In this document: positions 33,185 to 42,916 of the stretch, in pieces
How positions within the stretch are numbered: the stretch's first letter is position 1
How the letters are laid out: each line of letters starts with the position of its first letter
Assembly: GCA_937863465.1 (NCBI GenBank)
Contig: CALMFG010000102.1
Span: 1-46,073 of the forward strand
Length of the DNA stretch: 46,073 nt
Direction of reading: 5' to 3'
DNA from: an uncultured Clostridia bacterium
GTDB taxonomy: Bacteria > Bacillota > Clostridia > Christensenellales > CALMFG01
The notes under the pieces: generated by a model
The model's database searches: none
Told to the model about the DNA's origin: nothing
Seen by the model: only the letters and a program-made list of their open reading frames with translations
Translations under genes and position numbers: made by a program

Positions 33185-35122
33185 TTAAGCTTTCTTTTTG
33201 GTATGGTTCAAAAGCCCGCCATCCACGATGACTTCCTTCAGGCGGTCGGACGCATCCAGCACCACCGCGAAGGAGAACCCTTTGGTCTTGTCTTCCACGG
33301 TGAATTCGGTTTTGCCCAGTACCTTATTGACGGAATCGGTGATGACCAGTTCGTCTCCGGCATCGATTTTGTCGTAGTCGGCTTCGTCCTTAAACACCAG
33401 CGGCAGAATGCCCGAGTTGATGAGGTTGGCCATATGGATACGCGCAAAGGATTTCACGATGACGCCCTTGATGCCGAGGTACAGCGGCACCAGCGCCGCG
33501 TGTTCGCGGCTGGAACCCTGACCATAGTTATGTCCGCCCACCAAAAATCCGCCGCCCGCCGCTTTGGCCCGAGCCGGGAAGGTCTCGTCCACCGGCGCCA
33601 GGCAGTAATCCGAAAGATACGGGATGTTGGAACGGTAGGGCAGAAGCTTGGCGTTGGAGGGCATGATGTGATCGGTTGTGATGTTGTCCTCCATCTTTAA
33701 GAGAACCGATCCTTCGGTGGTCTCTTTCAGCGCAGTATTGATCGGGAACGGCTTGATGTTGGGGCCGCGCTCCACGTCCACGTCGCTGGCTTTTTCGGCC
33801 GGCGGGACGATTAAATTGTCGTTGATGAGGAAATGCTCAGGCGCTTTGATGGACGCAATCGCTTCCAAATCAATCCCCGCCGTCAGCGGGTCGGTTAAAA
33901 CTCCGGCGATGGCCGAAACCGCCGCCACTTCGGGGCTGACCAGATAGACGTTGGCCGATTTGGTTCCGCTCCGGCCGTAGAAGTTGCGGTTGAATGTGCG
34001 AATGGAAACCGAATCGGTTTTCGGGCTTTGTCCCATACCGATGCAGGGTCCGCATGCGCTTTCCAGAATTCGGGCGCCCGCCGCAATCATATCGGCCAGC
34101 GCACCGTTTTCGGCCAGCATGGTTAAGACCTGTTTGGAGCCGGGGGAAATCGTCAGGCTGACGTTTTCGGCGATGGTTTTGCCCTTTAAAATCGCCGCCA
34201 CTTTCATCATATCCATCAGCGACGAGTTGGTGCAGGAGCCCACGCAGACCTGATCCAGCTTGATGGGCCCGATATCGGCCACGGGTTCCACGCTGTCCGG
34301 GCTGTGCGGTTTGGCCGCCAAAGGTCTCAGCTCGGAAAGGTTGACCGTGTATTTTTCGGCATATTCGGCGTCCGCATCGGCGGACATGGCGGCATAATCC
34401 TTTTCCCGTCCCTGCGCTTTTAAAAAGGCCAAGGTGATTTCATCCGAAGGGAAGATGGACGTGGTGGCGCCCAGCTCGGCGCCCATGTTGGTGATGGTGG
34501 ACCGTTCGGGTACGCTTAACGTCTTAACCCCTTCGCCCGAGTATTCCACAATTTTGCCCACGCCGCCTTTCACGGTCAGCTGACGCAATACTTCCAGAAT
34601 GATATCCTTGGCCGCCACGCCGGGTTTCAGCTTTCCGGTCAGTTCCACATTGATGATTTTCGGCATGGGGATGTAGTACGCGCCGCCCGCCATGGCCACC
34701 GCCACATCCAGACCGCCCGCGCCGATGGCCAGCATGCCGATGCCGCCGCCGGTGGGGGTGTGGCTGTCCGAGCCCAGCAGGGTTTTGCCGGGGATGTCGA
34801 ACCGCTCCAGATTCACCTGGTGGCAGATGCCGTTGCCGGGTTTGGAAAAGTAGATGCCGTGTTTCTTGGCCACGCTGGCGATGTACGCGTGATCGTCCGC
34901 GTTTTCAAAGCCGCTCTGGATGGTGTTGTGGTCAATGTAGGCTACGCTCTTTTCGGTCTTCACGCGATCCACGCCCATCGCTTCAAACTGCAGGTAGGCC
35001 ATGGTGCCCGTGGAATCCTGCGTCAGGGTATAATCGATCTTAAGGCCAATCTCGCTGCCCGGCGTCATTTCGCCCGAGAGCAGGTGGCTTTCGATGATCT
35101 TTGCTGCCAGTGCTTTTCCCAT
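33185..35122 (-). CDS. aconitate hydratase (short ~645-aa type)
   Basis: 645 aa. Motifs: YTLTQDSTGTMAYLQFEAMG, GSDSHTPTGGG, Fe-S ligands CVGSCTNS and CGPCIGMG, and a swivel domain with GQGSSREHAA. Confidence 0.9.
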   Translation of the reverse strand: MGKALAAKIIESHLLSGEMTPGSEIGLKIDYTLTQDSTGTMAYLQFEAMGVDRVKTEKSVAYIDHNTIQSGFENADDHAYIASVAKKHGIYFSKPGNGICHQVNLERFDIPGKTLLGSDSHTPTGGGIGMLAIGAGGLDVAVAMAGGAYYIPMPKIINVELTGKLKPGVAAKDIILEVLRQLTVKGGVGKIVEYSGEGVKTLSVPERSTITNMGAELGATTSIFPSDEITLAFLKAQGREKDYAAMSADADAEYAEKYTVNLSELRPLAAKPHSPDSVEPVADIGPIKLDQVCVGSCTNSSLMDMMKVAAILKGKTIAENVSLTISPGSKQVLTMLAENGALADMIAAGARILESACGPCIGMGQSPKTDSVSIRTFNRNFYGRSGTKSANVYLVSPEVAAVSAIAGVLTDPLTAGIDLEAIASIKAPEHFLINDNLIVPPAEKASDVDVERGPNIKPFPINTALKETTEGSVLLKMEDNITTDHIMPSNAKLLPYRSNIPYLSDYCLAPVDETFPARAKAAGGGFLVGGHNYGQGSSREHAALVPLYLGIKGVIVKSFARIHMANLINSGILPLVFKDEADYDKIDAGDELVITDSVNKVLGKTEFTVEDKTKGFSFAVVLDASDRLKEVIVDGGLLNHTKKKA

Positions 35123-35313
35123 CGTTTAAAAATTCTCCTTATATATAAAAATTATCAAATACATTCAATATTGTTTGGCTTTCATTCTAACCAAAAAGCC
35201 GGAAAAAGGCAAGTTTATGCGTGCTTTATACATGAAAACCTTTTATTATTTCCCGCGTTTCGGTTATAATGGGTTTTGTTAAAATGAGCGAGTCAATTTA
35301 AGGAGAGATATAT

Positions 35314-36411
35314 ATGAAACTTGGCGTTATCGGATTGCCCAACGTGGGCAAATCCACGCTGTTTAACGCGCTGACCAAGGCGGGCGCGGCCAGCGAGAAC
35401 TACCCTTTTTGCACCATCGAGCCCAACGTGGGCATCGTGCCGGTTCCGGATAAACGTCTGGACGTTTTGGCCGAGATGTACAACCCCAAAAAGTACACTC
35501 CCGCCACCATCGAATTTGTGGACATCGCGGGGCTGGTTAAGGGCGCGCACCTGGGCGAGGGTCTCGGCAACAAGTTTCTCTCACACATCCGCGAGGTGGA
35601 CGCCACCGTGCATGTGGTGCGCTGTTTTGAGGACACCAATGTGACGCATGTGGACGGCAGTGTGGACCCCGTGCGCGACCTTGAGACCATCAGTCTGGAG
35701 CTGATCTTCGCCGATATGGAAACCGTGGACAAGCGGCTGGACAAGGCCGTCAAGATGCAGAAAACCGGCGACAAGAAATATAAGCTGGAAGCCGATGTGC
35801 TGACCAAAATTAAAGCCGCGCTGGACAGCGGCAAACCCGCCCGCAGCGTCAGCTTTGACGAAGCCGAGCAGGAGGTCGTGCACGACCTGTTTCTTTTAAC
35901 CAGTAAACCCGTCATCTACGCCGCCAATGTATCGGAAGAAGACGTCAGCAAACCCGAGGACAGCCTGCCTTTGGTAAAGCGGCTGAAGGAAGTGGCCGAA
36001 AAAGAGGGCGCGGATGTGCTGGTAGTGTCGGCCAAGGTGGAGTCCGAACTCAATCAGCTGGACGCCGAAGAGCGCGCGATGTTTTTGGAGGAACTTGGCC
36101 TGAAAAGCGGCGGACTTGAGCGGCTGGTGGAAAAAAGCTACAAGCTGCTGGGGCTCATCAGCTACTTAACCGCGGGCGAAAAAGAAGTGCGCGCCTGGAC
36201 CATTGAAAAAGGCACCAAAGCGCCGCAGGCCGCGGGCAAAATCCACAGCGACTTTGAACGCGGATTCATCCGCGCCGAGATTGTGGCCTATGACGATCTC
36301 ATCGCCAGCGGTAGTATGGCCAAGGCCAAGGAAGCCGGCCTTGTGCGTCAGGAAGGCAAGGAGTATGTCATTCAGGACGGCGATGTCGTGCTGTTCAAGT
36401 TCAATGTATAA
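35314..36411 (+). CDS. ychF: ribosome-binding / redox-regulated ATPase YchF
   Basis: 365 aa. Motifs: [21 protein letters not shown], a DIAGLVKGA-type G3 motif, and a C-terminal TGS-like [12 protein letters not shown]...[12 protein letters not shown]. Confidence 0.97.
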   Translation: MKLGVIGLPNVGKSTLFNALTKAGAASENYPFCTIEPNVGIVPVPDKRLDVLAEMYNPKKYTPATIEFVDIAGLVKGAHLGEGLGNKFLSHIREVDATVHVVRCFEDTNVTHVDGSVDPVRDLETISLELIFADMETVDKRLDKAVKMQKTGDKKYKLEADVLTKIKAALDSGKPARSVSFDEAEQEVVHDLFLLTSKPVIYAANVSEEDVSKPEDSLPLVKRLKEVAEKEGADVLVVSAKVESELNQLDAEERAMFLEELGLKSGGLERLVEKSYKLLGLISYLTAGEKEVRAWTIEKGTKAPQAAGKIHSDFERGFIRAEIVAYDDLIASGSMAKAKEAGLVRQEGKEYVIQDGDVVLFKFNV

Positions 36412-36433
36412 ACAACGCTTAAAAAAAACGTGC

Positions 36434-36470
36434 AGCCGCCTAAAACACAATATTTTGGGCGGCTTTTTGT
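36434..36470 (+). terminator. rho-independent terminator of ychF
   Basis: AGCCGCC (36434-36440) pairs with GGCGGCT (36458-36464), followed by TTTTT. The loop is about 17 nt. Confidence 0.55.
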
Positions 36471-36637
36471 CTGCCTACAACATATTGTCCGACAGTACCC
36501 ATTTTCCCCTTAATCCGTCATTGTGCATATCTTGTTGATAACATATGCCAAATTCTGTTTTTCCTGTGCATAAGCTGGGGATTAACTGTGAATAAGCTGT
36601 GATTAAAAATATTCCTGTGCATGAACGGCTTTGCCCC

Positions 36638-36666
36638 TTTACACAATATATAGTGGGCACTATAAT
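36638..36666 (+). promoter_or_regulatory. nrdDG core promoter
   Basis: TTTACA (36638-36643), 17 nt, TATAAT (36661-36666), about 95 nt upstream of the nrdD ATG. Confidence 0.55.
36641..36656. promoter_or_regulatory. NrdR box overlapping the -35/spacer of the nrdDG promoter
   Basis: ACACAATATATAGTGG matches the published NrdR palindrome consensus acaCwAtATaTwGtgt at 15 of 16 positions. A degenerate second box (ACACAATTCTTGGACA, 36674-36689) lies 33 bp downstream centre to centre; only its left half matches. Confidence 0.65.
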
Positions 36667-36760
36667 TAGTATTACACAATTCTTGGACATTACTTAAAAT
36701 CTTTAGGTCTGGTCAATAAAACGGGGAAAAACTACATTTTTGAAGTGAGAGGTTAGTATT

Positions 36761-38866
36761 ATGTTAACAACCATCATCAAGCGGGACGGCCGACGGGAAG
36801 CTTTTGACCAGGAGAAAATCACCCAAGCCATTTTTAATGCCGCCAAAGCCTGCGGCGGCGATGATATGGCGCTTTCCAGAATGCTCTCGGACAATGTAGT
36901 GGATATCCTCCGCATGGAATACAAGGATACCGCCCCTGAAGTGGAAAAAATTCAGGACGTGGTTGAACGTGTGCTGATTAAAAACGGACACGCCAAGACT
37001 GCAAAGGCCTACATACTCTACCGCGAAAAACGCAAAGAATCCCGCGAGATCAACGCGCTCATCGGTGCGACGATTGAGATGTTCGGAAACTACCTGTCCG
37101 AAACCGACTGGAACGTGAAGGAAAACGCCAACACGCATAAATCGGTCAACGGCCTCAACAACTATATCCGCGAAACCTTCACCAAGAAATACTGGCTGTA
37201 CGAGATTTACCCCAACGAAGTGCGGGAGGCGCATGAGCGCGGCGACTGCCACATTCATGACCTCGGCTTCTTCGGCCCCTACTGCGCGGGCTGGGATCTG
37301 TTCCAGCTGTTAGAGCACGGTTTCGGCGGCATCCCGGGCAAGGTGGAAAGCCGTCCGGCCAAGCACTTACGCGCCTTTTTGGGTCAGGTGGTCAACTCCA
37401 CATTCACCACGCAGGGCGAAGCGGCCGGCGCACAGGCCTGGTCCAGCTTTGATACCTACTGCGCCCCGTTTATCCGCTATGACGAAATGACCTATGAGCA
37501 GGTCAAACAGTGCCTGCAGGAATTCATCTTCAATATGAACGTGCCCACCCGAGTCGGGTTCCAGTGCCCGTTCAGTAACTTAACCTTCGACCTAAAGCCG
37601 CCGAAGACATTAAAGGACCGCGCGGTCATGGTGGGCGGCATTTTACGTGAAGAAACCTATGGCGAATTCCAGGAGGAGATGGACCTTCTAAACCGCGCTT
37701 TTTGCGACGTGATGCTGGAAGGCGACAGCAAAGGCCGCGTGTTTACCTTCCCCATCCCCACCATCAACGTCACCAAGGACTTTGACTGGAACAGCCCCAC
37801 GGTGGATCGGTTTATGGAGATCACCTGCAAATACGGCATCCCGTATTTCGCCAACTACGTCAACTCGGATCTTTCGCCCGAAGACGCGGTTTCCATGTGC
37901 TGCCGCTTAAGACTGGATGTTTCTGAACTGCGCAAAAGGGGCGGCGGCCTTTTCGGCTCCAACCCGCTGACCGGCTCCATCGGCGTTTTCACCATCAACC
38001 TGCCGAGAATCGGCTACAAGTCCAAAACCAAGGAAGAATTCTTCAGCCGGATGCGTGAAATGGCCGAAATCGGCAAAACATCGCTGGAGATTAAACGCAA
38101 GATCATCGAAAGCCAAACCGAAAAGGGCCTGTACCCCTATTCCTCGGTCTACCTAAAAGACGTCAAGAAACGCACCGGGCAGTACTGGCACAACCACTTT
38201 AACACCATCGGCATCGTGGGCATGCACGAAGCGCTTCTAAACTTCATGGGCAAGGGCATTGAGACCCCCGAAGGTCAGGAGTTCGGCATTGAGATCATGA
38301 ACGAGCTAAGACAGATTATGGTGGAGTTTCAAACCGAAACCGGTCACCAGTACAATCTGGAAGCCACACCCGCCGAAGGCACGTCCTACCGGCTGGCCAA
38401 GCTGGATGTCGAGCGTTATCCGGACATCATCACCTCGGGCAAGGACGTTTGCTACTACACCAATTCGTCCCAGCTTCCGGTGGAATACACCGACGACATC
38501 ATGGAGGTCATCGACCTGCAGGATGAACTGCAGTGCCTCTACACCGGCGGAACGGTTCAGCACCTGTACCTTGGCGAGCGTATCGAGGATATCGAAACCG
38601 CCAAATCGCTGATAAAAAAGATTTTCACCAACTACAAGATGCCGTATATCTCGCTGACCCCCACTTTCTCAGTCTGCGCCAACCACGGCTACATCGCAGG
38701 CGAGCACTTCCGCTGTCCCGAATGTCAGGAGGAGACCGAAATCTGGTCCCGCGTGGTGGGGTATTTGCGGCCGGTACAGAACTACAACAAAGGCAAAAAG
38801 GAAGAATACTTCGCCAGACAGAAACTCGTGGTGCCCGAAAGCTGTATCGCAGAAAAGAAAGCCTAG
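36761..38866 (+). CDS. nrdD: anaerobic ribonucleoside-triphosphate reductase (class III)
   Basis: 701 aa. It has an N-terminal ATP cone (IIKRDGRREAFDQEKITQAI), a C-terminal Zn site (CANHGY...CPECQ) and the glycyl-radical motif SRVVGYLRP. Confidence 0.97.
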   Translation: MLTTIIKRDGRREAFDQEKITQAIFNAAKACGGDDMALSRMLSDNVVDILRMEYKDTAPEVEKIQDVVERVLIKNGHAKTAKAYILYREKRKESREINALIGATIEMFGNYLSETDWNVKENANTHKSVNGLNNYIRETFTKKYWLYEIYPNEVREAHERGDCHIHDLGFFGPYCAGWDLFQLLEHGFGGIPGKVESRPAKHLRAFLGQVVNSTFTTQGEAAGAQAWSSFDTYCAPFIRYDEMTYEQVKQCLQEFIFNMNVPTRVGFQCPFSNLTFDLKPPKTLKDRAVMVGGILREETYGEFQEEMDLLNRAFCDVMLEGDSKGRVFTFPIPTINVTKDFDWNSPTVDRFMEITCKYGIPYFANYVNSDLSPEDAVSMCCRLRLDVSELRKRGGGLFGSNPLTGSIGVFTINLPRIGYKSKTKEEFFSRMREMAEIGKTSLEIKRKIIESQTEKGLYPYSSVYLKDVKKRTGQYWHNHFNTIGIVGMHEALLNFMGKGIETPEGQEFGIEIMNELRQIMVEFQTETGHQYNLEATPAEGTSYRLAKLDVERYPDIITSGKDVCYYTNSSQLPVEYTDDIMEVIDLQDELQCLYTGGTVQHLYLGERIEDIETAKSLIKKIFTNYKMPYISLTPTFSVCANHGYIAGEHFRCPECQEETEIWSRVVGYLRPVQNYNKGKKEEYFARQKLVVPESCIAEKKA

Positions 38867-39553
38867 ATGAAGATTGTCGGATTACAAAAAAACTCGTTTG
38901 TTGATTACCCAAAAAATATTGCAGCCGTGCTTTTCCTAGCCGGCTGCAATTTTGATTGCTGGTACTGCCACAATGCGGCCGTCTGCCAGGGCGACACGGG
39001 CATGGAGTACAGCCTTCCTGACATCTTGCGCTTTTTGGACGAACGCCGAAGGATTTTGGACGGCGTGGTCATCACGGGCGGCGAACCGCTGCTGAACGCG
39101 GACATTTCCCCGCTGGCCAAAGCGATTAAAGAAAAAGGGCTTCTGGTGAAGCTGGATACCAACGGCGCCTACCCCGAACGTTTACAGGCATTGCTGGAAG
39201 ATCGCCTAATCGACTTTATCGCCATGGATATCAAGGCCACCACCGAAAAGTATCCGGACGTCATCCGCGCGCCCTTCGACGAAGCGGCGTTTTTCGAAAG
39301 CATCCGGCTCATCATGGAGAGCGGCGTGGATTATGAATTTCGCACCACCGTAGTGCCCCAGCTTTCGCTGGACGACATCGCCGAGATGGCGGGGTACATC
39401 CAGGGCGCCAAATCCTACGCGCTCCAGCAGTACCGCAAGCCCGAGAACCCGCCCAGCAACATCTCCCCCCTGCCGCTGAAACCCAGCTTCTTTCATGCCG
39501 CCAAGGAACGCATAGAACCGCTGGTGGAAAAGGTCATATTACGTGGTCTATAA
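38867..39553 (+). CDS. nrdG: anaerobic ribonucleotide reductase activating protein (radical SAM)
   Basis: 228 aa with the CNFDCWYCHN radical-SAM cluster motif. Its ATG directly follows the nrdD TAG. Confidence 0.92.
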   Translation: MKIVGLQKNSFVDYPKNIAAVLFLAGCNFDCWYCHNAAVCQGDTGMEYSLPDILRFLDERRRILDGVVITGGEPLLNADISPLAKAIKEKGLLVKLDTNGAYPERLQALLEDRLIDFIAMDIKATTEKYPDVIRAPFDEAAFFESIRLIMESGVDYEFRTTVVPQLSLDDIAEMAGYIQGAKSYALQQYRKPENPPSNISPLPLKPSFFHAAKERIEPLVEKVILRGL

Positions 39554-39555
39554 AA

Positions 39556-39594
39556 ACAACCCGACTAAAAATCTTAACGCGGATTGTTTTTTTT
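39556..39594 (+). terminator. candidate terminator of nrdDG
   Basis: ACAACCCG (39556-39563) pairs with CGGATTGT (39580-39587) at 7 of 8 bp and runs into T8 (39587-39594). The loop is 16 nt. Confidence 0.45.
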
Positions 39595-39622
39595 GTATCC
39601 AAAAAATGTTACACTGGACGGG

Positions 39623-42600
39623 ATGAAACTACAATTTGTGCTCGGCCGCTCGGGCCGAGGAAAAACCGAATATATCCTAAAACAGATAAAAGCGCTGGCC
39701 GAAAAGGACAAGTTTACCCGTGTTCTGGTTATCGTGCCCGAACAGGCCACCTTTCGTATGGAGCGCGAGCTCATCGAAAAGTGCGATCTGCCCGGACTTT
39801 TCAACATCAGCGTGGTCAGCTTTGACCGGCTGGTGCACGAAATCCTAGCCGCCTGCGGCGGACGCACGCTGGCGCCGCTGGATTTCATCGGCAAGACCAT
39901 GGTGGTGCGCTCGCTGTTGGATGAACACCGCAACAATCTGTCCGTATTCGGCAAATCTGCGAGCATGCCGGGTTTTGAGATTAAGATGACCGAGATGCTG
40001 ACCGAACTTAAGCGTCAGGATGTGAGCTTGGCCGACCTTGAAGCGAAAGAGTCTCTGAAACCTTCACCGATTACCGGGCAAAAGCTGGCCGATATCGCGC
40101 TACTGTTCTCGGCCTATCGCGAGAGGATGGCAGGCCAGAAGTTGGACAGTGAGGATATGATATCGCTGGCCATTGAAAAGGCCGAAAGCCAAAACTACTT
40201 CAACGGCGCGCATGTGTTTGTGGACGGATTCGACCTTTTGACCCACCAGCTCCTGCGTCTGCTCACCACCGCCATCCGCCAATCCGCCGCCGCAACCATC
40301 ACGTTTAAAAGGGACGTCGAATCCTGCCATGACCATATGGTGTTTGCGCCCGAGGAAAAGCTCTATATCCGCATCGGCGAAGCCGCAAAAAACCTCGGTA
40401 TCCAGCCCGAAGAAATCCTGCTTTCGGGGAACAGCTCCGGGAACACCAAATATGCGTCGCCCGAACTTCTGCATCTGGAGCAGAATCTGTTTGCCTATCC
40501 GCCCAAGATTTTTAAAGAAACGCCGACGGATATTCACTTGACCGCGCTGGACAGCCAGTCTTTGGAGGTGAAAGAAACCTGCGCCCGCATCATCGACCTG
40601 GTCGGTCAGGGGTACCGCTTTCGGGACATCGCCGTCTGCGTCAGCGATATCGACGCCTACCGCGAGGATTTAAGCTTTTCGCTTCGCGAGAACAATATCC
40701 CGTTTTTTATGGACGCCAAAACCAAGCTGATGGACACGGCCTTTGCCGAATTCCTCATCAGCCTTTTGGATTTTCTTTTATACAAAGACGCAACCGACTT
40801 CCTCGTGCACATCCAGTCGGGGTTTCTGGATACCCCGCCCGAAGACCTCTGCGCCGTGGAAAACTATATTCGGCGCTGGCAGATTAAAGGCTATACGTTA
40901 AGCTATGGATTTAAACACGCCGACGCCAAAACCGATGCTGTGCGAAAAGCGCTGACCGGCCCTGTTTTTGAATTGATGCGCGCCATCAAGTCGGCCAAAA
41001 CCGCGGAAGGCTACGGCGAGGATATCCTCACCTACCTGATCGGTTGCCGCGCGGACGAAAACGCACTGAAATTCGCAAAAAAACTGGAGGATTCCGGCGA
41101 CCTTTCGGGCGCGCTGGTTTTTTCGCAGGTGTTTGAAAAAATCGTAGGAATCATCCGGCAGGCCTGCGTCATGTTCAAGGGCGAGGCCGCGTCGTTCGAA
41201 TCCTTTGTTTCGGCCGTCAAGGCTGGTCTGGAGGCCGTGGAGATTGCGGTCATCCCGCCCAGCACCGACGACGTGCTGGTAGGCGATTTCTCGCGCACCG
41301 CTTTTCCCCCGGTGAAAGCGCTGTTCATTTTGGGCCTAAACGACGGAAAAATCCCGTCCTCGCCCGATGCCTCGGCCGTTTTGACCGACGCCGAAAAATC
41401 GGCTCTGGAAGGAAAGGGGCTTCGCGTCGGGTACCGCGACCGGTTCTATGAGGAACGCATCCGCATCTACTCGGTTTTCTCCGCCCCTACCGAAAAGCTC
41501 TTTCTCTCGTACTCCAGCACCGGCGAAAAGGAAGCGGCCAAGCCCTCGGTGCTGGTCGGTCGCATCCAGAAGCTTTTCCCGAAAATTTCGCCCCGCACCT
41601 ATACCCCGCGGGAAACGGTCTATACGGCACTCGCCGAGGAGAACCTGTTCCGCGACCTGTCTTTGGCTCTGAACCAAAAGCTGGAGGGTCTGCCCATCAG
41701 CCCGGCCTGGCGGGATATTTTTGCCCATTTTGAAAACGATACTGATTGGCAGCCCCGAATCCGGCGTCTGACCGACCGACTGGGAAAAATCGACAAGAAA
41801 GAAACCCTCGCGCCCGAATTGGCCCGCGAGCTGTATTCCCCGCTGACCGCCAGCGTCTCCCGCGCCGAGAAGTTCTATACCTGCCCCATGCAGTACTTTC
41901 TGGATTACGGCATCCGTCCCCAAAAGGACGAGCGTTTTCAGGAAACCCCGCTGGATATGGGCAATTTTCTGCACGACTGCCTGCACGCCTTTGTTCTGGC
42001 GCTCAGAAAAGAGAACTTAAGCTGGGGCACTGTCGGGGATGCGGACTTAAACCGGCTTGCGGAAAATGTCTGCGATACGGTTCGGTACTTACACCATAAC
42101 GGCATATTGGCCGAAAAGGCCTTTGCGCCGGTCTATGAGCGGCTGAAGCTGGACTTTTTCTCGGCGTTACGCACTGTGCGCGGTCAGCTGGCGGACACCG
42201 ACGTTACGGTGTATGCCGCTGAGCTGTCGCTGAAAGACACGGAATACCTGAACTTTACGCTGGAAGACGGCACCGAACTTGCCCTCACCTGCAAGGTGGA
42301 CCGCGTGGATGTTCTGGATAACGGCGCGGCCAAAATCGTGCGCATCGTGGACTACAAGCTGTCGGGCAAAACCGCGTCGATGAAGGATGTCTACTATGGC
42401 CTCAATATCCAGCTCCTCATCTACTTAAAATTTGTTTTGGAGTTCTTCAGGGCGATGGGCGAAACCGTCATCATCGGCGGCGCGTTTTACTTCGACCTTT
42501 CCCTGCCTTTAAGTGAAGATAGCTCCCCGGAAAGCCTCTTAAGGGAGAAACGCATGAACGGCTTTCTGGTGGACGATGCCGCGCTGAACGCGAAGATGTC

Positions 42601-42913
42601 CAAACTGAATGGGTCGGATTTTGTCGCCACGCAGGGCAGTGTCACCGCCAGCGGCGTGCTGAACAAGCGGACCAAAACCATCTTCACAGCCGACGAATTT
42701 GACACGCTGTTTTCGCATTGCGAATGGCTGATGCAAAACGCGTTTACCGAGATACTCTCCGGTGAGGTCACGCCCATACCGTTTAAGGACGGGTCGGAAA
42801 CGGCTTGTAAAAACTGCGACTATCGGAGCATCTGTCTTTTCGATGACGACCTCGACGCATACCGAAATATTCAGGATAAAACCATCAGTGATTTTGAAAA
42901 GGATTTAGGCTGA
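39623..42913 (+). CDS. addB: helicase-nuclease AddAB, subunit B
   Basis: The ORF track starts at TTG 39584, inside the terminator T-tract. ATG 39623 gives the typical MKLQFVLGRSGRGKTEYI N-terminus (degenerate Walker A). The C-terminal nuclease/Fe-S domain has YTCPMQYF and CKNCDYRSIC. Confidence 0.92.
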   Translation: MKLQFVLGRSGRGKTEYILKQIKALAEKDKFTRVLVIVPEQATFRMERELIEKCDLPGLFNISVVSFDRLVHEILAACGGRTLAPLDFIGKTMVVRSLLDEHRNNLSVFGKSASMPGFEIKMTEMLTELKRQDVSLADLEAKESLKPSPITGQKLADIALLFSAYRERMAGQKLDSEDMISLAIEKAESQNYFNGAHVFVDGFDLLTHQLLRLLTTAIRQSAAATITFKRDVESCHDHMVFAPEEKLYIRIGEAAKNLGIQPEEILLSGNSSGNTKYASPELLHLEQNLFAYPPKIFKETPTDIHLTALDSQSLEVKETCARIIDLVGQGYRFRDIAVCVSDIDAYREDLSFSLRENNIPFFMDAKTKLMDTAFAEFLISLLDFLLYKDATDFLVHIQSGFLDTPPEDLCAVENYIRRWQIKGYTLSYGFKHADAKTDAVRKALTGPVFELMRAIKSAKTAEGYGEDILTYLIGCRADENALKFAKKLEDSGDLSGALVFSQVFEKIVGIIRQACVMFKGEAASFESFVSAVKAGLEAVEIAVIPPSTDDVLVGDFSRTAFPPVKALFILGLNDGKIPSSPDASAVLTDAEKSALEGKGLRVGYRDRFYEERIRIYSVFSAPTEKLFLSYSSTGEKEAAKPSVLVGRIQKLFPKISPRTYTPRETVYTALAEENLFRDLSLALNQKLEGLPISPAWRDIFAHFENDTDWQPRIRRLTDRLGKIDKKETLAPELARELYSPLTASVSRAEKFYTCPMQYFLDYGIRPQKDERFQETPLDMGNFLHDCLHAFVLALRKENLSWGTVGDADLNRLAENVCDTVRYLHHNGILAEKAFAPVYERLKLDFFSALRTVRGQLADTDVTVYAAELSLKDTEYLNFTLEDGTELALTCKVDRVDVLDNGAAKIVRIVDYKLSGKTASMKDVYYGLNIQLLIYLKFVLEFFRAMGETVIIGGAFYFDLSLPLSEDSSPESLLREKRMNGFLVDDAALNAKMSKLNGSDFVATQGSVTASGVLNKRTKTIFTADEFDTLFSHCEWLMQNAFTEILSGEVTPIPFKDGSETACKNCDYRSICLFDDDLDAYRNIQDKTISDFEKDLG

Positions 42914-42916
42914 CCC

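Noticed and set aside
32555-33700. 381-aa plus-strand ORF covering the dnaE 5' end, the aconitase terminator and the aconitase 3' end
   Set aside because: It is antisense to conserved genes and runs straight through a strong terminator hairpin. The composition is artefactual (many R, G, H, V, Q).
35215-35280. 21-codon ORF (MRALYMKTFYYFPRFGYNGFC) in the aconitase-ychF spacer
   Set aside because: It has no RBS, overlaps the likely ychF promoter (GGTTATAAT), and is too short to support without conservation data.
36412-36760. Possible riboswitch (for example cobalamin) or small RNA/tRNA in the long ychF-nrdD spacer
   Set aside because: I saw no B12-box-like GCCACTG/AGYCMGG core, no tRNA T-loop (GGTTCGAATC-type) and no convincing multi-stem structure. 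The region is better explained by a terminator, repeats, a promoter and an NrdR box.
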